Notes: generated by a model not told the origin, from the sequence alone. Counted from the stretch's first letter, positions 1 through 14,599 are shown. The stretch is 64,000 bases of DNA from Octopus vulgaris (GCA_951406725.2 OX597834.1:14446001-14510000); one strand, 5' to 3'. Numbers and translations are program-made.

Positions 1-430
1 TGATGCTCAAATCTCCTTATACCGCACAGGTTTCAATGTACAGGCTCAGTCATTTATAGCCCTTTAGAAGTGACAGTGTTCGTGCATTGCTAGGGTGTGG
101 AAGACAGGAATGTCTTTAATTTTAAAGCTAAATTTGCAAGTATATGGGATTGCGAATAAGCTGATGCCCACAATTGGTGTTGTAACCACAACTTCACGAT
201 ATATTTGTCATGCTTTGTTTATGAGGGTTTTTCACTTTATTAAGTAACCATTTTGAATGGACGACACGGTTTTAATCTTTCTTTACACACACATATTGGC
301 CTTTCTTCTTACATAGGACTTGTATCGAATGTCACAATGTACCACAGTTCTGAGAGTCCGCTCTGACACCCGATGTTCTTTGGCAACGGACCTCATTGAT
401 CTTCTGGGATTTTCATCGATAATTCCTACA
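1..430 (-). pseudogene. Tc1/mariner (maT/DD37D-like) transposase relic, N-terminal HTH region
   Basis: Minus strand of ~420-230 translates IDENPRRSMRSVAKEHRVSERTLRTVVHCDIRYKSYVRRK...NRVVHSKWLLNKVK with frameshifts, the typical second HTH of Tc1/mariner transposases; probably continues past the left edge. Confidence 0.75.
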
Positions 431-1372
431 CGATATATTTTGCAGAACTTCACCCGTGCCATACAATTTAAAAATTTGGTTTGATGTTAATATTAGATTA
501 GTGGCGTGCAGTTTAATTATGCGCCATCGAAACATTCCAACATGCTCTTCTCGTGGCCTTATGTGACCACTGAATTAAACTCAACCGGATTTGTTCTTTC
601 TTTTGGACCTGAGATATACGGTCAGCTGGGGCATAGTTGAATGTTATTTATGTTGACATCACCACTAAGCACTGTATGAGGTTATAAATACTGCCGGCGA
701 AGTATTAACCCCTGTATCATATAAACGATTTGTGTAGGATATGATTCGTCATGTTTCTGGTGATGTAGTCACTGCGACGAGGAATAGATATTTTGCAGTC
801 TTATCTCGTTGCCTGTCGGTATATGTGCTGTGTGTAGTTGCTTTCCAATCGTCACCAAATAACAAGTGCTATTGATTCTCGGCTACGGTTCAGGGTAAGA
901 ACTCCAGACACGAAGCATATCATACTTATTTACGAATCTTGATACTCTAACTGAAACATTCGGTAGCTCATATTTGCTTTTCATGATTTGGGGTAGTTAA
1001 AATAAATATTTATCAGCTACTTGACTCTGTCTACAGACCAAAGTCTGCAGCAAATATTTATTAGCGTTGTACACGTTTGGAAATCAATAATTTGAAAGTG
1101 TTGATGTTTAGCGTAGTCAGAAAAGAATGGTAATGATGTTTAAGCCATTCAGCTTTATCACCTGGTTCAAATGATGCTGTTTTGAAATTCTCTCTGCGTA
1201 CTCTACGGACGTTAATATAAATACAACTCGAGTGTCTTAGGATTACTTTTAAAATTAAGACAGTAATAAGACGCTGCATCAATAATATTACCATTTGAGC
1301 TGCGGACACCTTGTGGTATTTCATTAGAAGATTTAAACCTCGTTTAACATTTATGGCTTCTAGGTCAATACT

Positions 1373-1780
1373 CTTTACTCTTTTACTCTTTTACTTGTTT
1401 CAGACATTTGGAGCACCGCCTTTAATCGAGCAACTCGACCCCGGGACTTATTCTTTTTTAAACGCCCAGTACTTATTATATCGGTGTCTTTTGCCGAACC
1501 GCTAAGTAGCGGGGACATAAACACACCAGCATCGGTTGTCAAGCAATGCTAGGGGTACAAACACAGACACACAAACACACTCACGCATATATACATATAT
1601 ATATATACATATATACGACGGGCTTCTTTTCAGTTTCCGTCTACCAAATCCACTCACAAGGCTTTGGTCGGCCCGAGGCTATAGTAGAAGACACTTGCCC
1701 AAGGTGCCACGCAGTGGGACTGAACCCGGAACCATGTCGTTGGTAAACAAGCTACTTACCACACAGCCACTCCTGCGCCT
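1373..1780 (-). mobile_element. tRNA-derived SINE family A, full length
   Basis: Minus strand begins GGCGCAGGAGTGGCTGTGTGG (A box) ... GGTTCAGTCCC (B-box-like), then ccttgggcaagt, an internal TA/TG microsatellite and a short-repeat tail; candidate TSD aatact at 1367-1372 and 1781-1786; near-identical to copies at 6311, 15125, 38921, 46303. Confidence 0.9.
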
Positions 1781-1854
1781 AATACTATAGATCACTTATG
1801 AAAAACTAGCAACAATATCAAGGGGAACATGTGTCTGGCAATCATAGATATCAA

Positions 1855-2305
1855 TATTGGTTTCAAACATTAGAACCAGACGAGCAATTGCATGGGGAGG
1901 TTAAGTCCATTAGATCGACATCAGTATTCAACTGGTATATATATTTGAGCTGGCAGATACGTTAGCACGCCGGGCGAAATGCGTAGCCGTATTTCGTCTG
2001 CTGTTACGTTGTGAGTTCAAATATCGCCGAGATCGACTTTGCCTTTCATCCTTTCGGGGTCGATAAATTAAGTACCAGTTACGCACTGGGGTGGATGTAA
2101 TCGACTTAATACCTATGTCTGTCCTTGTTTGTCCCGTCTTTAGCCCCTTGTGGGTAGTAAAGAAATAGGTATATATTTGATCGACCCCGAAAGAATGAAA
2201 GGCAAAATTGACGTCGGCGGTATTTCATCTCGGAACGTAAAAGCGGACGAATTGCAACTGGGCATTTTGCCTGGAGTGGTAACATCTCTGCCAGATCACT
2301 GCTTT
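1855..2305 (-). mobile_element. Old SINE B-type copy, interrupted by a younger SINE B
   Basis: 2181-2305 is the reverse complement of the SINE B head/core; 1855-1945 is its 3' part with an alternative tail. Confidence 0.75.
1947..2167 (+). mobile_element. tRNA-derived SINE family B (MetaSINE-like core)
   Basis: gagctggcagatacgttagc...gagttcaaat (B box), core gcctttcatcctttcggggtcgataaattaagtaccag, tail ttagccccttgtgggtagtaaagaaat; TSD tatatatttga on both sides. Confidence 0.9.
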
Positions 2306-3365
2306 TAATTTAATAATTAGTACTAAGAGATCACTTTGAAGCATAAACGATAGGTTAACTGGATTCAATAAATTACTAAATGAAATATTTTCTTATATCT
2401 ATTTATTCCTTGGTTCAAAACCCACCGATGTCTCACATTGCAGTGCATCGATATTTATTGGATAAAATTCAAGGTTCCATTACATGAACAATACATATAC
2501 TAAAATACTGCCGTAGCTTTTTAACTACGACGGATAATTTTACCAATTTTCTAAAGAGTGGATTTGTAGAGTGAGTAGCACATCTCATTCCCCTTCACTC
2601 ATTAATATAGGGTTTCAATAACGCCCAACGATTAAAATAATTATCGAAAAATCTCTTCATCTTTGATGTCCGTGGATTTAACAAATAGCAATGTTTATAT
2701 TCTTTTATCGCTATAATTACTCCCCTAGAAGTAGCAAAAAGAATTAATATTTTAGGTGATCAATTATAGTTATATAAGAATTTACATTCTATTGGATAGA
2801 TACAACATGAAACGTGAAATATCATCTAATTGCTAATTATATAGATATTAATTATTGTATTTGTATATATATGAACAAGAAAATCGTGTAATTGGTTTTA
2901 TTAATATTTATTTGAACTCCAGTGAAGTACATTCTCTTAATAGCAAAAAATTTCCTCGTGATTATTTTCCATTCTCAGGGCGCCGTTTTCCTGTTAAGAG
3001 ATCATCTAGGGGATTATCGTGTAGCTGTTATCAAGGAAAAATTGTCACAGAGCAGTTATCAAAGGCAATTTTATTATAGGGTCAATTAGTCAGAAGGAAA
3101 ATATCAGAAGGGTATTATCAGGGCATTGCGTTTCAAATGGGAAAGGGTTGTTGTGGCGTTAATATTAAGAGGTAAGGCACGGTCTAATCGATTACTCTGT
3201 GTTTAAATGAAAAACATTCTTCCAAAATTTTACTGGACGTTATTCGTTGTTAAATGTTCATTAACAACACAAGCAATATTCCTATAAATAGTTGTTAATA
3301 TTCCCTGACAACAAAATCACTGGCGAACAAAGAGACAGAGTGATTTATGTTATATAGTTCTAAGT

Positions 3366-3750
3366 TGTGAAGGCACAAAGGCCCAGTGGTTAGGGCAGCG
3401 GACTCGCAGTCATAGGATCGCGGTTTCGATTCCCAGACCGGGCGTTGTGAGTGTTTATTGAGCGAAAACACCTAAAGCTCCACGAGGCTCCGGCAGGGAT
3501 GGTGGTGATCCCTGCTGTACTCTTTCACCACAACTTTCTCTCACTCTTACTTCCTGTTTCTGTTGTACCTGTATTTCAAGGGGCCGGCCTTGTCACTCTC
3601 TGCGTCACGCTGAATATCCCCGAGAACTACGTTAAGGGTACACGTGTCTGTGGAGTGCTCAGCCACTTACACGCTAATTTCACGAGCAGGCTGTTCCGTT
3701 GATCGGATCGACCGGAACCCTCGTCTTCGTAACCGACAGAGTGCTTCCAC
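3366..3750 (+). mobile_element. tRNA(Arg)-like SINE family C with tail type 1
   Basis: A box ggcccagtgg, ggactcgc anticodon-like arm, B box gtttcgattccc; 12-bp TSD atagttctaagt at 3354-3365 and 3751-3762; near-identical to 30116-30501. Confidence 0.92.
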
Positions 3751-3814
3751 ATAGTTCTAAGTGCCTGTAAGGAAACAGCGAGGCGAGGGTGTTGAAGCTG
3801 GTGATGTTGGTGCT

Positions 3815-4250
3815 TTCTTCTTCTTCTTCTTCTTCTTCTTCTTCTTCTTCTTCTTCTTCTTCTTCTTCTTCTTCTTCTTCTTCTTCTTCTTCTTCTTCTT
3901 CTTCTTCTTCTTCCAATCAGGACTCGCGCCATTAGCCACAAAGAATAATCCCTAATTCGAGCCTACTCTAAGCTACAAAGAATGCGTGCGGCAACTTGAA
4001 GATTCACCCACCACACGCGATAGACTGGCGGTTGCACGGGCGCGAAACCTACGTTGTTATCCTCATTCCGTAAACGGTGGCTTTTAACGGGTGGAGTGCT
4101 GAATCATCCAGGGATACAGAGGATTCGCAATTCTCTGTACTACACCATATATGTGTTACACTATGCAGAAGTAGGAAGAATGAGTGAGAGAAAGTTGTGG
4201 TGAAAGAGTACAGCGGGGTTCAACCCACCCCGCCGGAGCATCGTGGGGCT
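3815..4250 (-). mobile_element. 5'-truncated SINE C central domain with a distinct tail (type 4) ending in (GAA)33
   Basis: ~4165-4250 is the reverse complement of the SINE C core (gctccggc...gctgtactctttcaccacaactttctctcactc); 3914-4165 is an unrelated tail; (TTC)n at 3815-3913; tgttggtg near both flanks. Confidence 0.75.
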
Positions 4251-4701
4251 GGTGTTGGTGATATGTAATATGTTCAGTTATAGTCCTATTTGATAGCAAT
4301 TGACTAGAAGCTACGAATATCAACATCAAGGAATATTCTGAGTCATAAGAAATAACACAATATCAGTCGTACATCAATATATATGTAATCAAATAGGGTA
4401 TAGTGAACAATAAGCGATATCAGGATATATATATAGTAAATTAAGCAGTCAGAAAGGAATACTCTGAGAAATTTGTTATTCTCTTTTCGAAATCAATAAA
4501 TTAAGACCATATTCACGATGGCTAACCGGTGAAGATAGCAAACAAAGAGGTGAACGAGTGAGATCAAGGTAGATTTTGAATCGCTTTCATCGCTTATATG
4601 ACGTATGTAGCTGGAAAGGCGATAGGTTTACGATTTGTTGCTAGGACATCATGGAGTGTAAAGCGTAATTATGAACGGCTTGTCTTCACTATTTGCAGTA
4701 G

Positions 4702-4998
4702 CGTGGAGGCACATGACCTAGTGATTAGAGCAGCGGACTCGTGGTGGATGGATCGTGGTTTCGAATCTCAGACCGGGCGATGTGTGTGTTTATGAGTGAA
4801 ACACCTAAGCTCCACGCGGCTCCGGCAGAAGGTAATGGCGAACTTCTGCTGACTCTTTTGCCACAATATTCTCTCATTCTTCCTTCCTGCATCTTGCAGC
4901 TCAGATGCTACAGACCGGTGTCCAGTTCAGGTGGTGAACCTATACGCCAAGGAAACCGGCCCTAATGAGCCAAACATGGCTCTAGAAGGAAAAATAAA
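4702..4998 (+). mobile_element. SINE C head and core with tail type 2
   Basis: Head homologous to the 3366 copy, diverging after ttctctcattcttccttcctg into ...gaacctatacgccaaggaaaccggccctaatgagcc...; this tail recurs inverted at 60677-60750. Confidence 0.8.
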
Positions 4999-5472
4999 AA
5001 AAAATTTTTTTAATATTTGCAGTAGGCTCACTACACAGGTTGTGAAGCTGACAAAATCAAAAACGTAAAATTTCGAAGAGATTTGTCTTATTCAGAAACG
5101 ACTCAACTTTGTTGGTCGTGATGTGAGCCTAAAAAAAATACAGCAGATGTATTCCTACAATCGATATAAGGTCGGAATAAGAAAATATCTACCTGAAACT
5201 GAGTAGCGGAAATAACGTACAGGAACAGGCAATTATTATAAAACATAGTGAGGGGAATATTATTACTATTCATAAAAGCATGAAGACGAGGTATGAATTT
5301 GAATTCGGTTTGCCGAAATGATAATTTAATATACTGCAAGGATATCCAGCTTAACATATCATTCATATAATAGAATTCGGTGAATAAAAATGCACCACAC
5401 TTTTCTGCATATACTTGATTATGAGCCAGTATGTATCGATATTACTCTAACAGTTATGATACCTATGTATTG

Positions 5473-5514
<42 letters not shown>

Positions 5515-5553
5515 GTGTGTCTGTCTATATATATATATATATATATATATAAA

Positions 5554-5587
<34 letters not shown>

Positions 5588-5624
5588 GTGGGGAGAGGCA
5601 GATAGAGTGACTGATAGATAGATT

Positions 5625-5671
<47 letters not shown>

Positions 5672-6310
5672 GATTATATATGTGTATGTGTGTTTGTGTG
5701 CGCGTCTGTGTGTCTATATTTCTATGTACATAGTTATGTATGGATATGTGAGGCCATATGTATATTGGTTGGAGATACGATATTTCAGATTGCCATACAA
5801 TAAATCTAATATATTTACCGTGACCGAAATGCGAACGGCAGTTTAATGATATACATATCAATATCAAGTGATTATGAAGATGTCAAGAAACAAGTTAAAT
5901 GAAATTCCATCGGATTACAAATAACTACACATGGCGAGCTGCAAATATATCGTTTATTGTATGTGATACAGCGACCGAATAATGATACATATTACGATAT
6001 ATGCTGCTGACGATCGCATTCCTACAAATAGTGATAGCGTCATGAGATATAAACTAACGAAATTTGATATGTAAGAGCTGTAAAAATATTACAATAAAGC
6101 AATTACAAGCCATATTATGCATCTAGTTGTCGTATCAAATTTACCTATAGACACTTCTGAGGGAAAAAATTCCGTACAATTTGTAATGGACCTATGGAAT
6201 AACAATAATAATATTTATAATATTTTTCCCCGGTCCAAAACACTGGAAAAACAAACATGTAAAACACCGCTAGAGGACTTAAGAAAAGCCTAAATTAGAC
6301 CACCTGACAT

Positions 6311-6674
6311 ACTCTTTACTCTTTCACTTGTTTCAGTCATTTGACTGCGGCCATGCTGGAGCACCGCCTTTTAATCGAGCAACTCGACCCCGGGACTTAT
6401 TCTTTTTGTAAGCCCAGTACTTATTCTATCGGTCTCATTTGCCGAACCGCTAGATAACGGGGATGTAAACACACCAGCATCGGTTGTCAAGCAATGCTAG
6501 GGGGACAAACACAGACACACAAACAAACACACATACATGTATATATACATATATACGACAGGCTTCTTTCAGTTTCCGTCTACCAAATCCACTCACAAAG
6601 CATTGGTCGGCCCGAGGCTATAGCAGAAGACACTTGCCCAAGATGCCACGCAGGGGACTGAACCCGGAACCATG
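6311..6674 (-). mobile_element. SINE family A, slightly 5'-truncated
   Basis: High identity to 1373-1780. Confidence 0.9.
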
Positions 6675-6809
6675 CGTCGGTTTCGTTACTCTTCTCGCTA
6701 TGCCTGCAAATACTTTGTAGTAGGACAATAAATTTCGAATTATCCCCCTTGATTATTTTCTTATAGCGCTCATAACCTTTTTATTCACATAATTATTTTC
6801 TTACATTTT

Positions 6810-7250
6810 TAGTTAGTTAGTTAGTTAGTTAGTTAATTTGGCTCAAAAGCAAATAGCAAGGCCATGTAGGGGGACATGGAGTTAAGTACAGGGTGGTGTT
6901 CATGTAAAGAGTTCAGGCCACTTGAGGTCCAGGGAGGCTTTGAACAAAGCGGTCGTCGGCATCTTCACCATCTCGTCTGGCAGCTTGTTCCACGGATCCG
7001 CAACCCGGACGGAGAAAGCTCCTCTCCTTCGATTGAGATGAAATCGTCGCAGGTAGAGCTTTTCGGAATGACCCCGCAGCCGACGCTCTGGAGCAGGAGT
7101 GAAGAACAGCTCTTTCGAGAGGTTACACTTTCCGCTTATGATGTTGTGGGCGAGAATGAGATCACCACGGCGGCGGCGTTTTTCAAGAGAATAAAGGTCG
7201 AGCGTCCTCAGCCTTTCTTCGTAGGACAAATTTTTGAGACCATGAACCAT
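6810..7250 (-). mobile_element. 5'-truncated CR1-clade LINE: ORF2 C-terminus, 3' UTR and (TAAC)n tail
   Basis: Uninterrupted frame GLKNLSYEERLRTLDLYSLEKRRRRGDLI...RLRGHSEKL...FSVRVADPWNKLPDEMV...FKASLD, the canonical CR1 post-RT region; 3' hairpin ccatgt/acatgg; (TTAG)n on plus at 6810-6835. Confidence 0.9.
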
Positions 7251-7654
7251 ATCAATCTTAAATTTTGATTTCTCTATTGTAATTTCCACCCACAAAGTAT
7301 TTTCTTAGTCAATTCACAGGTCGTCGTTTTCTATGTTCCTATCGCATAATTCTTTTCTCTATCATTCTTCATAACATATACCGATTCTTTCTTAAATCAT
7401 TCATAGTTAATTTCTATCTTGTTTCTATCCTAGTACAAGTCTTATGACCTAATCCTCTGAGATTTTCTCCTTTCTATGTTTGTCTCTGTTTGTCTGTCTC
7501 TATTCTCTCATACGCAACACAACTATATTAGACTATACCTTCCCTTATCACAATATCTCATTATCACTCCCTTTAATACACCACGGAAATATATACACTC
7601 TTCTCTCACTGTCGTTCTATTTTCCTCTATATAGATTGCTAGATATATAAATAG

Positions 7655-7709
7655 ATGCATAGATAGATAGACAGATAGACATAAATCGATAGACAGATAG
7701 ATAGATAAG

Positions 7710-7764
<55 letters not shown>

Positions 7765-7781
7765 TTAGATAGATAAGTAGG

Positions 7782-7847
<66 letters not shown>

Positions 7848-8110
7848 TGTTTCTTTATTAGCCACACCGGGCTGCACACAGATAGAACAAATTACAAGGT
7901 AGAGCTTTTCTTTTGAAGGGTTAGGAAAAAAAAAAAAAGGAAGGGGGAGTTTCGATCAAAAGGGATCGTAAAAGGAGAGAAAGAGGACAAAAAGGGGGGT
8001 TAAAAAAAGGGGGGAGGAAGAAAAAAAATAGATAGATAGATAGACAGACAGATAGATAGAGAGTTTGATAGATAAGTAGGTAGATAGATAGATGAACAGA
8101 TAGATAATAA

Positions 8111-8176
<66 letters not shown>

Positions 8177-8190
8177 GGATAGATAGATAG
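7655..8190. repeat. (GATA)n arrays flanking an inserted element
   Basis: (GATA)n at ~7655-7846 and ~8028-8190. Confidence 0.9.
7847..8027 (-). mobile_element. 3' end of a retroelement embedded in (GATA)n
   Basis: Minus strand ends aaagctctaccttgtaatttgt...gtgtgcagccc...gtggctaataaagaaacat(atct)n; second copy at 31541-31680. Confidence 0.75.
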
Positions 8191-8544
8191 ATTCGTTTCA
8201 CTCCCTCATTTTCACCGCCATGTCCCTCTTCTGTTCTACAGTTTAAACATCTCCCTGTTTGTCAGCTGCCAAATTGTAAATTACCTCAAAGACATTTATT
8301 GACCAAGTTCCAAAAGATTAACTTCAAACTGTGTTTGTAACTTATGCTGAGCTGTCAACAGAACTCCAACACAAATATTTCTACCAGTGGGTATTCCTTG
8401 GAAGGTCAGACGGTTTCAAAAGGTAGAGAGAGAAAGACGTAACGCGATACAAGCTGAAATAAATACAAGACAGAATATTAGAAACATATAGAAATGTAGA
8501 AAATGGAGAGAGAAGAGGAACAAGAAACTAATAACAACAAAACT

Positions 8545-9204
<660 letters not shown>

Positions 9205-9241
9205 CCACTATACAAGAAATTGAAAACGAATGAAAATGAAA

Positions 9242-9390
9242 ACAAACTACTTAAAATACAGAATAGACAACACAGCAGAAAGTGATAAGTGCTGAATCTG
9301 TGGACAAAACGGTGAAACTGTATGGCATAATAGCAGCCAATGTACGCCACTAGCCCTGAATGAAGAGACGCCACCACAATATAGCCAGGC
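9242..9390 (+). pseudogene. R4/Dong-clade non-LTR retrotransposon fragment (CCHC zinc knuckle)
   Basis: Translates TNYLKYRIDNTAESDKC*ICGQNGETVWHNSSQCTPLA..KRRHHNIAR: C-x2-C-x8-H-x4-C followed by the RH motif that precedes the restriction-like endonuclease; one stop and one frameshift. Confidence 0.85.
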
Positions 9391-9405
9391 TATTATTATA
9401 ATTAC

Positions 9406-9441
<36 letters not shown>

Positions 9442-9445
9442 CATC

Positions 9446-9522
<77 letters not shown>

Positions 9523-9526
9523 CATT

Positions 9527-10076
9527 ATTGAGTGAGAAAGCAGTGCATGGCATCAAAGTGACACTGGGGTAAAATATACAAAACCCTGTATACCCATCAT
9601 GACTACCCGTCTGATACGTGTACACCAGACACATGCATCACAATCATATATGCGCGACATGGTGATCTCATATCAAGATAAACAGCGCATGACCTTGCAG
9701 GTGGGGCCCAGTTAGAATTTTTTTCTTTTGGTCGAGTAGCCCATCCCGCTCAAAAGGTCCCTGAATAAGGATTCTTTAAGGATGTTGAATGAACCACCCA
9801 TGTTTCCAAAGGTGAGCTATCCAAACCTCTCAGAATTCCTTTCAGTACACGACTATGATGCTCCCCCACTACTTCTGCTCATGATCAGGGATGCACTTAT
9901 CGTCAGCCAATTAGGGACATGCTCAACTGGTTACAGTCAAACAACTGATAAGTAAATATGTGGTATTGAGCAGAATATTCGCTGTAGCCATCTTTTATAC
10001 CAATACGAAACAATGTACATGATAACACTTCCAATCAGTTAAGATCAGAAGCCATGAGGGCCATTGTCTCGTACTG

Positions 10077-10078
<2 letters not shown>
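9527..10078 (-). mobile_element. Unclassified ~550-bp non-coding interspersed repeat embedded in (TAA)n, probably a LINE 3' UTR
   Basis: (ATT)n on both sides; a diverged partial inverted copy lies at 58329-58436 plus 58766-58805. Confidence 0.7.
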
Positions 10079-10166
<88 letters not shown>

Positions 10167-10207
10167 CATTATTATTATTATTATTATTATGATTATTATT
10201 ATTATCA

Positions 10208-10245
<38 letters not shown>

Positions 10246-10291
10246 GTTATTATTATTATTATTATTATTTTTATTATCATCATCATCATCA

Positions 10292-10364
<73 letters not shown>

Positions 10365-10375
10365 CATTATTATGT
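10079..10375. repeat. (ATT)n microsatellite
   Basis: Directly visible. Confidence 0.97.
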
Positions 10376-12343
10376 TCATCATTATTGTCACTATTATCTC
10401 CCTTTCATTCAGAGTCTCTCTTCTGGCCATTTCATCTTGTTGAACCTTTAATCTCTACGCTTTGCTTCTACTTCCGTATTTTTTTCTTTTCATTCTCTCA
10501 CGACCCCCACAATTTTTTTTACTTTTAAATCCTTCATGTAGAAAAGCTTAGGCTCGAAACGTAAAGCACTTTTTCATTCTTCCCGAGCGCTAAACTAATA
10601 CACATGCGTGCTGTTCCTCAGCTCTCTGCATCTTTCTTTTCCGTAAGTTTTAACTACATATGTATATTTCGAATATTAGATTGTATAAATATACCCTCAT
10701 CAAACACATATGAACTCTCTATCTTCAGGACAATTCCGTAATTTCTACGTATTTCATTATGCAGCGAAGATTTACGGCATTACGTAATTACAATGTTTAA
10801 ATCATCGCAGCATTAATGCATATTGTGAGAAGAATAGAGTCCACACTCCATTGTAACACACTGTCTCAATATTTGATTCACGAAATGCGGAGAAAGCAAA
10901 GAATTTATTGCATGCATTCAAAAAAAGAATCTTGAACTGGAGGTGATTGGATTCGTGTTCTCAGGTTTGTCTTAGAATTATTGAGGAATGAAAAGCCAAC
11001 GGGGAGAAGTTCATTGAATATTGATTCCACATAGAGATGTTGTGGATTTTTAACAAAGCTTGTGTTTGTTTCGGTGCCCAGGATAACGCTGATTATGCGA
11101 AAACTTTATCCCAGACACCAAAAAAATTATCATTACTAAAGAAATGAAATAATTCAAGCTAAAAATTGCAATGGCGTTCATAATTTAGAACAAGACAATA
11201 GAATTGTTACAAAAAATTAATTCTTCGTTTTGTAACCTCGGGCTAATTCTGTAATAAAGATATAATTTACTCTCAGCGTTTTGCTTTTATGAAAAGTAAA
11301 TCTATTTTTGTAATTTTCCTCAACGAAATGTTTTTCATCGCTTAAATATATTTTACATTTACCTTGCATATTTTGTCATTAACATTAAGCCATTTAAACT
11401 GAAAATTTAATTTAAAGATTCAGAAGACATTTACTTAATATATCTAATATTTTGCGTAAATATGGTTAATATTTCTTCTTCCTATTCCGCCTGGGTAGAC
11501 ATTGCCTTATATACTTTAAAGATCGATAAAATATGTACCAGTTGAACACTGTGTTCCATATAATCCTCCTACATCAGACTCCAAAATGGCTGGCCTTGTG
11601 CCAGAATCCGAAAGCAATGCATGCGATATAAATTATATCTCCTGGTAGAAAAATGTCGCAAATGTAATGAATACGTGCTTTTCTCCGCGACACATTGCGT
11701 GTGCATGTACTAAGAAAATATTTACTGCTATATTTATCGACGTGTGAGATTGTTTTGAGAATACGTTCTTAGATATGTGCTTGTGAATACGTATGACCAT
11801 AAACCCAAATGGCTGACGTACAATGTTATAGGTAATGTTGAAATAGGAGCGAAAAATACTGATTTACTACAGGTTCAGGAATAAGCAAGCATGAGAAAGA
11901 ATACAATACATGTTTTAAAGCACGTATCAAAAATGGTTACGTCATGCACATTGCATCAAAGAAATTAACGAGGTAGACGTTTTATGCCACATTGAAATAG
12001 ATACATATGGAAGAACAGAGGGGAAGTAACACAGACCTAATACAAATTGAGAGAAACGGGAGCAAAGGGAGACAAAGGTCTGCGACCATAGTAAAGGTGG
12101 TTATGGTTTCATTTACTATTAAAGTAAACATGTGTGTGTGTGTCACCGCGCGTGTGCCTGTGTATGTGTGTTTATATATGTTTATATGTTTATATATATG
12201 TGTGTGTGTGTCTCTCTCTCTTCCTTTCTTTCTCTCTCGATATACAAATATCTGTATATATATATATATATACATATCTCTCTCTCTCGCTCTCTCTCCC
12301 TCTCTCTCTCTCTATATATATATATATACATATCTCTCTCTCG

Positions 12344-12413
<70 letters not shown>

Positions 12414-13269
12414 ATTTATATACATATGCATTTACATATACTTATATATGTATGTATGTGTATGTATATAAACATATGTGTATATATAAATATATTTATA
12501 GACATATAAGCATCCAGATATATATAATATGTATGCATATGTGAGTTACGTCCTGGCTAACATATTGGAATAAAGTTAAGGATACACATAGTTATATATG
12601 ATACGAATGTGCTCACGATATCGAATACGATAATAAATTAGGATAGGCATTATTCATGATTCTCATAAGGCCTGAAGTTAGAGAAATGATTAAAAAAAAA
12701 ATTAACATGGCGGTAAGTACGCTTCTAGATACGTATGGATCTGTAACTGAATATAATGAGCAGATTTAAGCGACATCAGATACGCAAGAACGAAAATAAC
12801 CACAAGAATCTATAGAGATGCTGGAACCATAAAGTAAGAGAATAAATAGAAAGCAAAACAGTTAGCTAGTGAGTAAAGAGATAAATTCTCTTAGGCTGAC
12901 GGAATTTACTAAAATTAGCGACATTTATTTGATATGAATGAAAGGAAAACATCATAGAGTATACGACAAACCGCTCCTGCGCTTATATTATGTATCATAT
13001 TTTAAATAGCATCAAATGATATATGTGCATCGAAGAACTTTAGAGTATTAATGAACAAAGAATTTTATTGAAGTTACAGTTAGCAGAAGTTTTGTTAATT
13101 GGAGAAAAATTATTTCTAGAATTATTCAAAAACTGACTGAGAGGCAATGCCATGAAATGTTTTTATTATTTGAAGAAATATGTGCTTTCGCATAAACGCA
13201 TTAAATACATTTTAAATGTAACAATACATCAATACACGCATACTTACTTATATATATATGTATACATAC

Positions 13270-13354
<85 letters not shown>

Positions 13355-13503
13355 GATACATACATATGATGCAACGCACACAAACGCATAAACACATACA
13401 CTTGTATGCGTGTATGTATGTATACATGCATATACATATGTTTGGTGCGGTGTACATATATACATATATCTTTATAGGTTTCTGTATGTTTCTGTAAGTG
13501 CTT

Positions 13504-13915
<412 letters not shown>

Positions 13916-14599
13916 GTTTCGGTTATCAATTTCCGTGTATGTCATTTCTGCAATTTCTCATAATTTTATGTTACGTAGCTTCAAGTCATGGCACGAACAA
14001 TAGAGAGGAAATTATTTTTGAACGTAGAATTATTTTGTTTACTCTCAATAAAAACTGTCTGTAGCTGTAAAATGAACGCCCTTCAACCAAAAATAAAAGT
14101 TTGAGAGCAAATTAGTTAACAGAGAATGAAGCAAGATGTTAATGTGATATATATATATGTCATAAAAAAGATTTGCTATTTCTATGAAAAGTTGCTAGAC
14201 TTTTGTGGTATTCTATGTACATTTTGGAAGCATCTTCGACAACCATCCAACTGCTAAACATACACATATTTTAAAAGAGAAAATAGATGAATTGTTATTG
14301 AAATCAATGGATGCTATTTTACCAGCATTAAGTCGGAATGTTTTTCACATGGAACAAGCACAGGGAAAGTGGGTGGCAGGACAATGGTCAAAAGTGAAGG
14401 CTACAGGATATGTGTTACATTACGCCATGAGGGCTTTCATTCCTCCATCAATTATCAGAAGTGTGATTTCCGTTTTATATGCAAGAAGGATATCGTTCTC
14501 TCGCTGCCGACTGCTTGTCCAGAATTATGTATTCCATAAATGGCAAATATATTCAGGTTAGACTGAATATATTTCATACTCAGTGTTGTGGAAGGCTGT

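Noticed and set aside
530-900. Minus-strand YAPA motif suggesting a LINE endonuclease relic
   Set aside because: A single short motif with no other collinear endonuclease motifs confirmed
1536-1790. Recurrent ORFs starting MSSNARGT (1536, 6484, 39051, 46478, 57736) resembling a gene family
   Set aside because: They are antisense translations of SINE A copies
14205-14561. 118-aa non-repetitive ORF
   Set aside because: No recognisable motif, non-ATG start, no splice or homology support
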